Of a stretch of 21,327 nt of DNA, positions 11,586 through 21,327 are shown one piece after another. Within the stretch, counting starts at the first letter, position 1; every line of letters starts with the position of its first letter. The notes beneath the pieces were generated by a model. The model ran no database searches, was not told the origin of the DNA, and saw nothing but the letters and a program-made list of their open reading frames with translations. Source of the stretch: Ginkgo biloba (Eukaryota > Plantae > Ginkgophyta). Position numbers and translations under genes: made by a program. The stretch lies in contig JANKJI020000004.1 in assembly GCA_024626585.2 (NCBI GenBank), forward strand, positions 156,330,197-156,351,523, written 5' to 3'.

Positions 11586-12356
11586 CTGCACATAACATGT
11601 TGTGCAGTGCTGAACTGATCAGTACCAACGCCATACAAAAAGCCATTAAACAGCAAGTCTGGCAAGTCTTCGATTAGTTTACGAAACAAAATTCACACCT
11701 GGCAAAATCCAGAGAAATTCCAATGGCAGCAAAGCACGGATGCTCTCCAATTGTTTTTCCACTGCATCAGGTAAATTGCATTAATACATTGTACATGTAT
11801 GTAAAATTCGCTCAACTCTGTCACACATTCGTTCTTGCCTTCACAAGTACACATTCCCCATGAGGTCAAAACTAATTGACAGATGCAGTCAATGTACACA
11901 AAAAACGATGGGAGAAGCAAGAAGAAAATTATTCATACCCGAATACCAGTTGTACTTCTCAAAATAGGACAGTTCACCATTCTGAGAAGCTGCAAGATGA
12001 TCCCCTGTAAATAGGGCCTTGAGTGGCTTATAGAATAGTGAGACACAACCCTGAAAGGAGATTTTCATGTAGCATTTTTCTAGAGCATTAGATCTCATAA
12101 GTTGAAGTTTGACATATTTTCTCTTAAGTCTCATGTGTAAGAAGACCACGACAAAGTATCCTTCATTAAAACATCGTTGCAGTTTATATGTTACCCATAT
12201 CACATTCATCTTTAATGTGTGAAATCTATCAATGCCTATATTTCAATCACTTGCCTCAGTATGCCCTGGTGTAAAAATGAGATCAACGTCGGGACCAAGA
12301 CTCCAAGGCCCTTGACCTTCGAGTTTTGTTTCTACATCTGCAGTATGAGATTGTAC
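11497..12356 (-). CDS. 3' part (4 exons, 121 aa plus stop) of a metallo-beta-lactamase-fold hydrolase, probably the plant homologue of cyanobacterial ferredoxin-MBL fusion proteins
   Basis: Spliced join 12356-12255, 12050-11939, 11761-11699, 11585-11497 is 366 nt and open: VQSHTADVETKLEGQGPWSLGPDVDLIFTPGHTEGCVSLFYKPLKALFTGDHLAASQNGELSYFEKYNWYSVEKQLESIRALLPLEFLWILPGHGRRIKFENVNEKNAAIEKLLSGGIYLN*. It contains MBL motifs TPGHTxG, LFTGDH and ILPGHG, and intron phases are consistent (0,0,1,1). Confidence 0.92.
11699..11761 (-). CDS. MBL gene exon (VEKQLESIRALLPLEFLWILP), 63 nt
   Basis: Acceptor gatgcag, donor CAG|gtgtga. Phase 1-1. Confidence 0.9.
11939..12050 (-). CDS. MBL gene exon (GCVSLF...LFTGDH...NWYS), 112 nt
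   Basis: Acceptor ctcctttcag, donor G|gtatga. Lies within ORF 11889-12209. Confidence 0.92.
12051..12254 (-). other. GC-AG intron (204 nt)
   Basis: Donor AG|GCAAGT and acceptor tttcag. This junction gives in-frame PGHTE-GCV, whereas the GT 4 nt downstream frameshifts. Confidence 0.85.
12255..12356 (-). CDS. MBL gene exon (VQSH...TPGHTE), 102 nt
   Basis: Acceptor tttttccatggcag, donor GAG|gcaagt. Open frame with the TPGHT motif. Confidence 0.9.
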
Positions 12357-12938
12357 CTGCCATGGAAAAAATACTGATCACATAAGAACCGAAGTAGTTT
12401 TCAAATTTGCAATGTTCAAAGCCCATCAAAAGGCATTTCATCAGTCGAGAAGGTTAATTAGCCTGTCAAAAGAAAAGCATTCTTTTCTTAAATTTCACAG
12501 GAAGGGCCATACTAGACAACCCCTCAAATACACCGTTTCTAGGAATAGTATTGTCTATGCCAGGAAGAGTATTTCACTCTGTGATAAGTTTAGGTGAAGC
12601 ATAAAAGCAAAATTTCTTTAGGCAGAGAACCGTAACTTTATAAAAAACACAAATGGCAGTGTAAACCATCCGAAACTCAGTGTGAATGGCACCTTTTGGA
12701 ATTCAGCTTCCAATTGCCAAAAGGAAAATTAGAACTCAATCATCCATGTCACATATGTAAACCACACTTTGAGATTTCAGCTTCATGAGGACCAAAACTG
12801 CATTTTCTGAATTCTATCTGTAGGTGGAAAATACAAGGGAAAATGTAAAACAAAAAATTGAATTTAGAAATGGAAAAATGTCATTATGCATTGTGCACAG
12901 GTGTACATATGCGGGTTGTTCCTAAAGGCACCAGAACA

Positions 12939-13305
12939 TCTTATATACTAAAAAAAAAGCCATGTCCGACTGCGGAGAGAGAAAATTCCGCGATCGGACA
13001 TGGCTAAAAAATAAAAATAAAATTTAAAAGCCCTGGCCAGCTATTAAATGGAGCCAAGCGAATCCGACCGGAGAGAGAAGCTCCACCACACGGGTAAAAA
13101 AATGACATGTTTTTGAAATCCAATTTCAAATCCAAGGGTTTCTGGAATGTTCTCTCTTTGTTGGCTTTCGGAATGTTCTGCTCTTTTGCAAAATTATGTT
13201 TCACGGATATGAAGCACTCCTTGAATGATGTATGGTCTTTCACCCCTTGACATATAGAACTCTTTTGGAAGGGATTCACATATTTGGTGTCATAAATTGG
13301 AGTTG
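12939..13305 (+). mobile_element. Possible non-autonomous Helitron-like element, 5' end
   Basis: A|TCTTATATACTAAAA resembles plant Helitron 5' termini. It is followed by a GC/CpG-rich inverted repeat (12958-13005) and a related second motif (13063-13084). The 3' end is not visible because of a gap. Confidence 0.4.
12958..13005. repeat. Inverted repeat / hairpin
   Basis: AGCCATGTCCGA...TCGGACATGGCT perfect 12-bp arms, plus an inner GCGGA/TCCGC 5-bp stem and a 10-nt loop. Confidence 0.9.
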
Positions 13306-13999
13306 NNNNNNNNNNNNNNNNNNNNNNNNNNNNNNNNNNNNNNNNNNNNNNNNNNNNNNNNNNNNNNNNNNNNNNNNNNNNNNNNNNNNNNNNNNNNNNN
13401 NNNNNNNNNNNNNNNNNNNNNNNNNNNNNNNNNNNNNNNNNNNNNNNNNNNNNNNNNNNNNNNNNNNNNNNNNNNNNNNNNNNNNNNNNNNNNNNNNNNN
13501 NNNNNNNNNNNNNNNNNNNNNNNNNNNNNNNNNNNNNNNNNNNNNNNNNNNNNNNNNNNNNNNNNNNNNNNNNNNNNNNNNNNNNNNNNNNNNNNNNNNN
13601 NNNNNNNNNNNNNNNNNNNNNNNNNNNNNNNNNNNNNNNNNNNNNNNNNNNNNNNNNNNNNNNNNNNNNNNNNNNNNNNNNNNNNNNNNNNNNNNNNNNN
13701 NNNNNNNNNNNNNNNNNNNNNNNNNNNNNNNNNNNNNNNNNNNNNNNNNNNNNNNNNNNNNNNNNNNNNNNNNNNNNNNNNNNNNNNNNNNNNNNNNNNN
13801 NNNNNNNNNNNNNNNNNNNNNNNNNNNNNNNNNNNNNNNNNNNNNNNNNNNNNNNNNNNNNNNNNNNNNNNNNNNNNNNNNNNNNNNNNNNNNNNNNNNN
13901 NNNNNNNNNNNNNNNNNNNNNNNNNNNNNNNNNNNNNNNNNNNNNNNNNNNNNNNNNNNNNNNNNNNNNNNNAGGTTTCCCCCTTGAAATGGATTGCAA

Positions 14000-15950
14000 T
14001 TTTGCAATTGATCTTTTGGAAAATATAATCTAATTTGTCAGGATTTGTTTATGATATTTACTATTTTTGCATATTATTGATGGTTATTACTATATTGTGT
14101 TGATGAGAAGTGTAATAAAATATTTCTCTATTTGGCTAAGCCATGTTCTTATATCTATTCCATCAAATTTTCTTATCTCTACATTTATAATATATCTTCT
14201 TTTGATTCCTTTAAATTGTTAAGTTTCTTCTACCATACTCTCCTCCTCAAGATGTTCTACCCTCTTTAATAATAATTTTTCTATCATTTTCATGCACTCC
14301 TCCACCTTTGCCATTCTAGCATCCATCTCACCTCTCATCACATGCACATCATTCAAATCTTCTAACAAATTAAGATTTATTTTATGTGCCATTATTTTAA
14401 TGAATCCTGATCCTAGCTCTATTTTGACTAAATCATAATGAAAAACTTGAGATTTAATGAAAACTATAAAAGGAAAATATTACAAAACACCACGCACTTT
14501 TGTAGTGCTGAGACTAGAGCATCTCACTTACCAAAGGAAATTGACAGTACTAGGAATTTTAGATTATTATTAAAATATTATAAATGGGTATGCATTCCCT
14601 TTGTCGTATACCCCTTTTACAAGGAAGAGGGACATAATGGGGTCATTAATTCTAAATGACACCTTATAAATAGATGGTGTAGTATTTCTCTACTCAAAGT
14701 GCTAATTACAATGAGTTATAATATTATAATACAAAAATAATTGGCTCCAGACTTCTTTCTTTTTTATGTTAACTACCAATTCAGGCTTCAATTTATAAAA
14801 TTATTCACACAAAACTAAAAAAATTTGAGAATTTACAAAAAATTGTCAATTTGACCTTAACTCTATAGGACCCTTACAATACAATTTTGAAACAATTATA
14901 GAAAGGGTTCCAAAAAAATATGACTCGAAGATAAGGATGTTGAGTTTCTAACTTTCTATGCTTTCAATCTACTAGTCTTTCACTGAGTTGTTATATTCCC
15001 ATGTTGTCAAACTACTATTCTTTCATTGAGTCATTATATACTTATACTATTTAGCTACCAATATTTTACTTCAATAAATTCTATTTTGGCTAAAGAGACT
15101 AAACACTAAATTTTTATAGTAGAGTACTCATAGAATGTAGTGAAAAAGTATAACAAGTTAACTATTGTATCTAGTTATATCAGTGGAACATTCATGGAAT
15201 GAGGTGAAAAAAGAAAATAGTGCATAGATTCCTTTTCAAATAAATAAAAGATAGTTATTGGAAAATATCATAGTAGTTTGAACTATAATATCTGGACTTC
15301 TCATCACTGGAGCTACTTGCTACTTATTTCTGGCCACATGACTAAATTTCCTAAAGCTCTATGAGTATTGACTATCTATCTTACAACAAGACTCAAATAT
15401 GATTGGAATTGAAGTAATATAAAAAATAAAAGATTTGATACCTTGGGAGAAACCTAAAGATGCCCCTTAGTTGAGCATGCACCAACTTAGCTATGGAAGC
15501 CTTTGTAGGAAAGTCGTTCTGACACCACTTATAATGATTTGTATTATAATTTGCACAATGATTCACAACAGAATGCAAATTTGAGATAGAAAAAAAGAGA
15601 ACTCATAATGATGATATTATATATCCACTTCGAGGGTGGAAGCCTTTAATACATTTAATATAAATACTCACCATGTCCACTCATGAATCTACCTAGGGTA
15701 TATATAGGAACTACTATGCCCAACATGCTGCCAACTTATGCATGTGGGATAATACAATTATAAGAGGCATTACATATAGAAGAGGAAAAGAGATAGACAT
15801 TACATATAGAAGAGAGAGAGAGAAGAGATGAATGAGGTTCATTACATACAACTCCTTCAAATCTAAAAATTTCTACTCTACACAAAGCACCCCCAAAGAA
15901 AGAAGAAGAGAGAAAAATAGAGCCCGAAGCTAAAAGGTAAATCCCATGAT
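14000..15950 (-). mobile_element. Decayed LTR retrotransposon 5' part (LTR, Met-PBS, leader, possible gag start); boundaries approximate
   Basis: Minus-strand TCATTATA-AG-TGGTGTCAGAAC (PBS 15527-15516, 10/12 to TGGTATCAGAGC). Downstream is a 57-codon coiled-coil-like frame MAHKINLNLLEDLNDVHVMRGEMDARMAKVEECMKMIEKLLLKRVEHLEEE... (14392-14219). Confidence 0.5.
15768..15851. repeat. Direct repeat CATTACATATAGAAGAG (two copies 30 bp apart plus a partial third) in the putative LTR
   Basis: Copies at 15768 and 15798, and CATTACATAC at 15840, separated by GA-rich sequence. Confidence 0.75.
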
Positions 15951-16688
15951 CAGAAAATTGCCCAAACCCAAGCTTCTTCTACATATGTAAGAAATCTGCA
16001 CCACTATGCCACCACAAAATAATGAAAATTGCAGTTGGTTATGCCTTGACACCAACTGCCCTTCAAAGATGTCATCATCTTATTGGAGGCATCCTACTAG
16101 AACTTCACCTTCCTCTTTTCTTTTTTTTATGACTTCTTTAGGCAGTGCTAACATAAGCTGCAATACTAATGAATTGGCTTCATTAGTTAATATTTTTTTC
16201 CATTTTTCAAGGTGTAACTTTCTTGGAATAACTAGCCTTTAACGCTGTACTTGTCATATGAAAAGGCAAGAACAATGTGTAGCAATGGATGCTAAAATTT
16301 TGAGCAGAATAGTCTTGTTGAAGCCTCTCAAAGAAGTTAAAGTTGGAGATGCAATCCATGATGAGATGGCAAGGCTCAAGGACTTGTAGGAGGTCCTATG
16401 GCATAGCCAATAGGTGATTGTGAGCCTTAGAGGGCTTAGTGCTTTAGAGGGGAGGCTCTATGCCTAGAGACTCTAAAGGGAGGCTATGACCTTGTGGAAT
16501 TTGTTTTGGAGGATTTATTGTATTTATCCTACAAGTTTTTCCTCACTATAGGTTTTCTCCTATATGGCACAGTCTCCACCCTCCATATNNNNNNNNNNNN
16601 NNNNNNNNNNNNNNNNNNNNNNNNNNNNNNNNNNNNNNNNNNNNNNNNNNNNNNNNNNNNNNNNNNNNNNNNNNNNNNNNNNNNNNNN

Positions 16689-18827
16689 ATAATCTATTGT
16701 GGTGGTAGGTAACCCATACCCCTTATTATTTGATTATTGTTCTTATAAAATTACTATATATTCTTATCTATGAAATATTAATTCTTTGTATTCTTTTGTC
16801 ATTCCCATTTGCGTCACTACAAGTGCTATCGGATCTTTAACAATCTCGAACCAAAAAACGTATATGGTACAAATAAGACAATAGAAATAAATGGAAATAA
16901 AGATATGATAATTTCATACTGGCACCTATGGAAAACTAGATACTAGGATTAATGAGCTATATACCAATATATATGCTACAATAAAATAATTGGAGGGAAG
17001 AAAAGAGAAAAATATATATGTAAGGGTAAATGTAGCGAAAGAAAAAAAAGATCGAATCCTTACATGGGAAGAAAAGATTGATCTAATTCTCAAATGACTT
17101 GGACCATTACTAGAAGGAATAAGGAGAAGCTCAAATTACTAATGAGAGAGAGACAACTAGTATCAATAGAATGATCAAAAGATAAACCACCACACTAATG
17201 GAAGGAGGTTAAGAATGTTACAACTTGGTTAGAAATCCATGATGGGATTCATCAAATTTCCAAGAGCATACTTAAAGAACAATACAATGAAGATGTAGCA
17301 ACTCAAGAGAAGACTCAACAATCTAATGATCAAACACCTAATGAGGCTTGTAATCTTGAGGTTTGTATAGTTCTAAAAGATGGAAAAAACTAAGAAATAT
17401 ATTCAGTCAAGCTTGCCAGAGATCTAAAGCATAAAAAGGGAAAGCCTGAAAATCAAAACCATGTAATTATTTTCACTCGTGGAAATTTTGTTAAAACCAC
17501 TAACATGAATCAGGCATTTATAGATAGAAGAACGAGGGACCATTCCAAACAAAGGATGTTGGGGAGCAAAGGAGTGCATCGATTAAAAAAATCCCCATCC
17601 TTTTAGTGCATACATTTGCAGCTTGGTTGGTGGCCTGTGAAGCATAGCTAACTACCTCAAGAATGAGAAAATACCTCTATCAATGCACGATGAGAACAAA
17701 AATGGTCAGCTTCAAGTTGACCTGATCGAAAGGGTAAATACATTAGCATGCAAGGAGGATAATGCTAAATTAATAGAGTATAGGTTGTAGCGGAACATAG
17801 CAAAGAATGCTTGAGGAAATACATTGCAAAGATATCTTGGTAGATCATCTCAACAACAAAGGACAAAAAACTATAGTAGAGATCCTAGTCAGCACCAAGT
17901 TCACAACAAAGGGTGAAGATTTGAATCAGAGAAGCAATTAACCAATTACAGGGAGGCTAAATTGAATTGTTGCTTAGGTAGCAATGGGAGAGCATCAAGA
18001 AGATCCACACTAGATAAGAAGTCTCCAAATGATTCGATAGAGGAACAGTAATGTCATCAATTAACCTCTTTCCTTGAGGAGAAAAGTAGGGATCAATATG
18101 CATTGGAATTTATCCAATCACTTGGTATGCCTTTAGCTTGTGAAGAAAACATTTTCTCTATATGTATCAACCATTCCAATGTAGTTCCAATTGTGGGCAT
18201 ACTTAGAAATTTTGGACATATGCATCTTGTAATTCCTAATCTTACTCATTCCAGTCCATTATGAATAATAAAGCTATTTCCAGTTATTATGTATGCATAC
18301 TAATATTTGCAATTGGTGACAGATGCATCTGAATATTGTTTTACACCTTGATACCTTTATATGTGAATACACCAGATTTTTCCTCTGTACATTATTTTGT
18401 TCTACACATCATTATTTCTATGAATTTCACACTAATGACATAATTGGAAATATCTAATCCTTTTGTACTAGTTGACAAATTAGAAATTGCTTAACTCATT
18501 CTATAAAAATACACATTATCATACATATGTAAGTCTTAGCATAATCATGCTTTTATTTCACCCACTCTTATTTATATGCTTTGCTTATTTATTGGTATTG
18601 ACACATGTAGAATCATATTGTTTCGATTTTTTTATTATGTGATGGATTTACTCTTTATTCCATCTAGATCATGTCAACTTATTTTGGGCAATTATGAGCC
18701 AATGAGTTTTGGATAATAGTAGTCATGACATGTAGACTAGATTGGAATAACATGGATTCTTCATATCCCTTATGGTGATTTCACTTGGGATTGAGATTAG
18801 AGATTGGGTAAGAGACAAATTGAATTA
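16689..18827 (+). mobile_element. Decayed LTR retrotransposon 5' part (LTR end, Met-PBS, degenerate internal region); boundaries approximate
   Basis: GTCACTACA-AG-TGCTATCGGATC (LTR ends ...CA at 16821; PBS 16824-16835, 9/12 to TGGTATCAGAGC). It is followed by purine-rich, stop-riddled coding-like sequence with no pol motif recognised. Confidence 0.45.
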
Positions 18828-19569
18828 NNNNNNNNNNNNNNNNNNNNNNNNNNNNNNNNNNNNNNNNNNNNNNNNNNNNNNNNNNNNNNNNNNNNNNNNN
18901 NNNNNNNNNNNNNNNNNNNNNNNNNNNATGCAATATTGCTTCGCTACTATTTGTTTACAATTGAGAGCTTGCAACCATAATAATGGGTGATATCGCTAAC
19001 ATCACCCTGGTAGAATAACATGCCTTGCCATAATTACCCACAAAATTGAACCCCATCAACTTTTAGAAAGCTCTATGTAACCATGGAGGGCCAACACCAT
19101 CTTAGAAATTTGAATAGTAATTGGCCCTATTTCATAGTTCTTGTTGTAATGACCATGCAATCCCAACTATATTGGTTCTTGAGTTCCTCATGCATGTGTC
19201 ATGTGCATATATTTATAACTAGAACATCCTTTAGTCTTCAAAGGAATATTTCATATTCAAGTATGCATGGTTAGATGATTCTCAAGTGTTGAAGACATAC
19301 TCAAGATGGATGGGTAACCAACCCTTTCACTTGCCCTAAATAACCATAAATAACTTATTGAAATAAAAAAACACTTGACAAATGACTTCTCCTTACTATA
19401 ACGAATGAACAAGGTTGCAATTGGATAGCCCAAACTGCGCACTAATAATCTTTATCACTTATATTTTACCAACTTTAAAGAGAAATCCCTTGTTGACACC
19501 GACACCATTTAATACAACATCACACTATGCTTCTCTTTATTATCGTCACATGAAGAACCATTCTCCATA

Positions 19570-19830
19570 TAGTGCCACTAGTACCGCCAACTCCACCAAC
19601 ACCAAAACCATCACTAGCTCCAAAAACTCCAACTACACTTCCATCACTAATAGAATGCAAAACGCTACTGCACTATAACCAACACTATGACTAACACTAT
19701 TTTCGCCACTAACTCCACTAGATCCACCAGGCCCATAACCTACACTATTGTTGGAGGCACCATAGATGCTACTAAAGGACACTACTATAAACTAATTTTT
19801 GCCTCGATAACTACCATCTATCATTGGCTT
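19570..19830. repeat. Low-complexity ACT/ACC/CAA-rich degenerate triplet tract
   Basis: Repeated ccact/accaa/cacta motifs that produce the Thr/Ser/Asn-rich ORFs 19415-19678 and 19687-19878. Confidence 0.6.
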
Positions 19831-21327
19831 GGATTCATGGCTATAGAAAAAGAGGATGTATCAAAGGATAGGGTGTAGCTAAGGATCAACAAAAATCAAG
19901 AGTTCCAAAATGAATCGTCACCAAAGTGTGGGCCTGAAAAAATTACAAAAAAAATTATAGAAATATTATTGTAAAGGGGTTAACCGTTATTTATAAAGCT
20001 TCAAGAGTTTTCCTTTTTATCCTTTACTGGTGGTCACATCACTAGAAGTTTGTGTGGAACATTAAAAGTCAAGGTATAAAAGTGCCACAAACATAGAACA
20101 AAACCAAAGTGTACAACAAATTGTCACATACTAGGAAAAAGGGTCAATAGAGGCTTATGGAATAGCTAAANNNNNNNNNNNNNNNNNNNNNNNNNNNNNN
20201 NNNNNNNNNNNNNNNNNNNNNNNNNNNNNNNNNNNNNNNNNNNNNNNNNNNNNNNNNNNNNNNNNNNNNNTAAAATGTGTTGGCGCCGCAACTTGCTTTG
20301 CACCTTCTTTTCTTGGACTCAAATAGGTACCTTCTTGCTTTTGGGAGCCTTATGGTGACAGGGATTCTTGTGGCCAATCACTCATAGGAAATTTTTGGGT
20401 TTGTGCTTTCAACTATAAATGAGGCCTGAAGGAACAAGGGGGGCATGGAACATGTGCAGACAGTATTGAAGCTTGGCGTATGTTCATAGTAGAGCAAGAA
20501 GATGGCAAGGAGAGATTTGGTTCTTAAACCCTGCAGACTCGTTGGTGAAGATCTCTTCCTACAGGGAGGAGTTGAATCTGCCAAGACTGCAGACCAGCAG
20601 ATACTAGGTCTGCACCCTCTTTGGCTGATTAGCAGGGAAGAGCGATCCGCAACTGTGGTCTCACCCATGATCACTTCTAGGAAGTTGATGGATGCAAGGT
20701 ATAAACAGGATTATATGTATGGTTGTAAGCCATGTGTCTATTATTGCTATGCTTCATAGCTCTATACTTAGAAACAGGTTTAGAGCACCATCCTATAATT
20801 GTTATGATGGGTGTGTGTCTTTGTTCATATTTGGAATGGGCTTGCTTGGAATATTGACCATCCCTTTGATTTGCTGGAGTGGACATTAATGACTGGTGAA
20901 TATTACTTCCTCGATTATTCCCCAACATGTCTGTTCATCACATATGCGTAGACAAGTAGCATAAATAAGTATTATCATTCAATACGAAATTGACTTGTAT
21001 GAATTTTTAGATAATGCATTCTGAAGCTCATCACTAAAGTTATTAGGCTTTGCAGCACCAACTATAGGAATAATCAACCACCACTTAGTGTCTATTTTGT
21101 TTCTATTACAGTGCAGTCCTCTGCCACTTTTTCCATGTTGTGTTCTAGGGAATAGAGCTCCTTAATGAAAAGGTTCTGTTTCAGATCAGTAAAAGAGACA
21201 CAATGGCTCACCCCACTACTGAGATAAAAATCCATATTGCCTGAGAGTATGTGCCAGAACAGAGAATATAAAGGAGAAGGAGAATAAACTTAGAGAGGAT
21301 CTGGCTCTCTCTAACAAGATATTCTAA

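Noticed and set aside
11693-11920. 75-aa minus-strand ORF
   Set aside because: It overlaps the true 63-nt exon in the wrong frame, and the rest is intron.
16420-16490. Polypurine tract plus LTR start (agggaggct repeats)
   Set aside because: There is no clear TG terminus complementary to the ...CACTACA end, and a gap prevents confirmation.
19415-19878. Mucin/extensin-like Thr-rich protein
   Set aside because: The ORFs are short and broken by a stop, with no signal peptide or splice structure; low complexity explains them.
20281-20292. TGGCGCCG as a PBS
   Set aside because: Only 8 nt match, there is no preceding ...CA LTR end, and it abuts a gap.
21212-21240. Candidate next upstream coding exon of the MBL gene (NMDFYLSSG)
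   Set aside because: It does not resemble the expected THxDD...RILH segment, so it is kept only as a possible non-coding exon.
1-21327. Prokaryotic systems (CRISPR, operons, retrons), tRNA or rRNA genes
   Set aside because: I saw no repeat-spacer array, dense intact ORFs or structural RNA signatures. Spliceosomal introns and plant retroelements show that this is eukaryotic nuclear DNA.

Overview
AT-rich, gap-ridden eukaryotic (land-plant, probably gymnosperm-like) scaffold, mostly old decayed retroelements around one real host gene fragment. From left to right: (1) two diverged copies of one Ty3/Gypsy Tat-type family; the second has a decayed tRNA-Arg PBS, gag, zinc knuckle and protease, followed directly by an archaeal-type RNase H with no RT in between. 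(2) A nearly full-length but heavily mutated L1-clade LINE on the minus strand (ORF1, endonuclease, RT). (3) The last four coding exons (121 aa plus stop) of a minus-strand metallo-beta-lactamase-fold gene that resembles the cyanobacterial-type ferredoxin+MBL family; one of its introns is GC-AG. (4) About 9 kb upstream of these exons in which no further exon was recognised, containing a Helitron-like 5' end with a hairpin, two outward-facing Met-PBS LTR remnants, and a less-decayed island at the window end. All calls come from manual translation and remembered family motifs; no searches were run. I found no convincing wholly new system. The best leads are the poorly characterised MBL gene, the protease-aRH domain order and the unexplained island at 20.3-21.3 kb.
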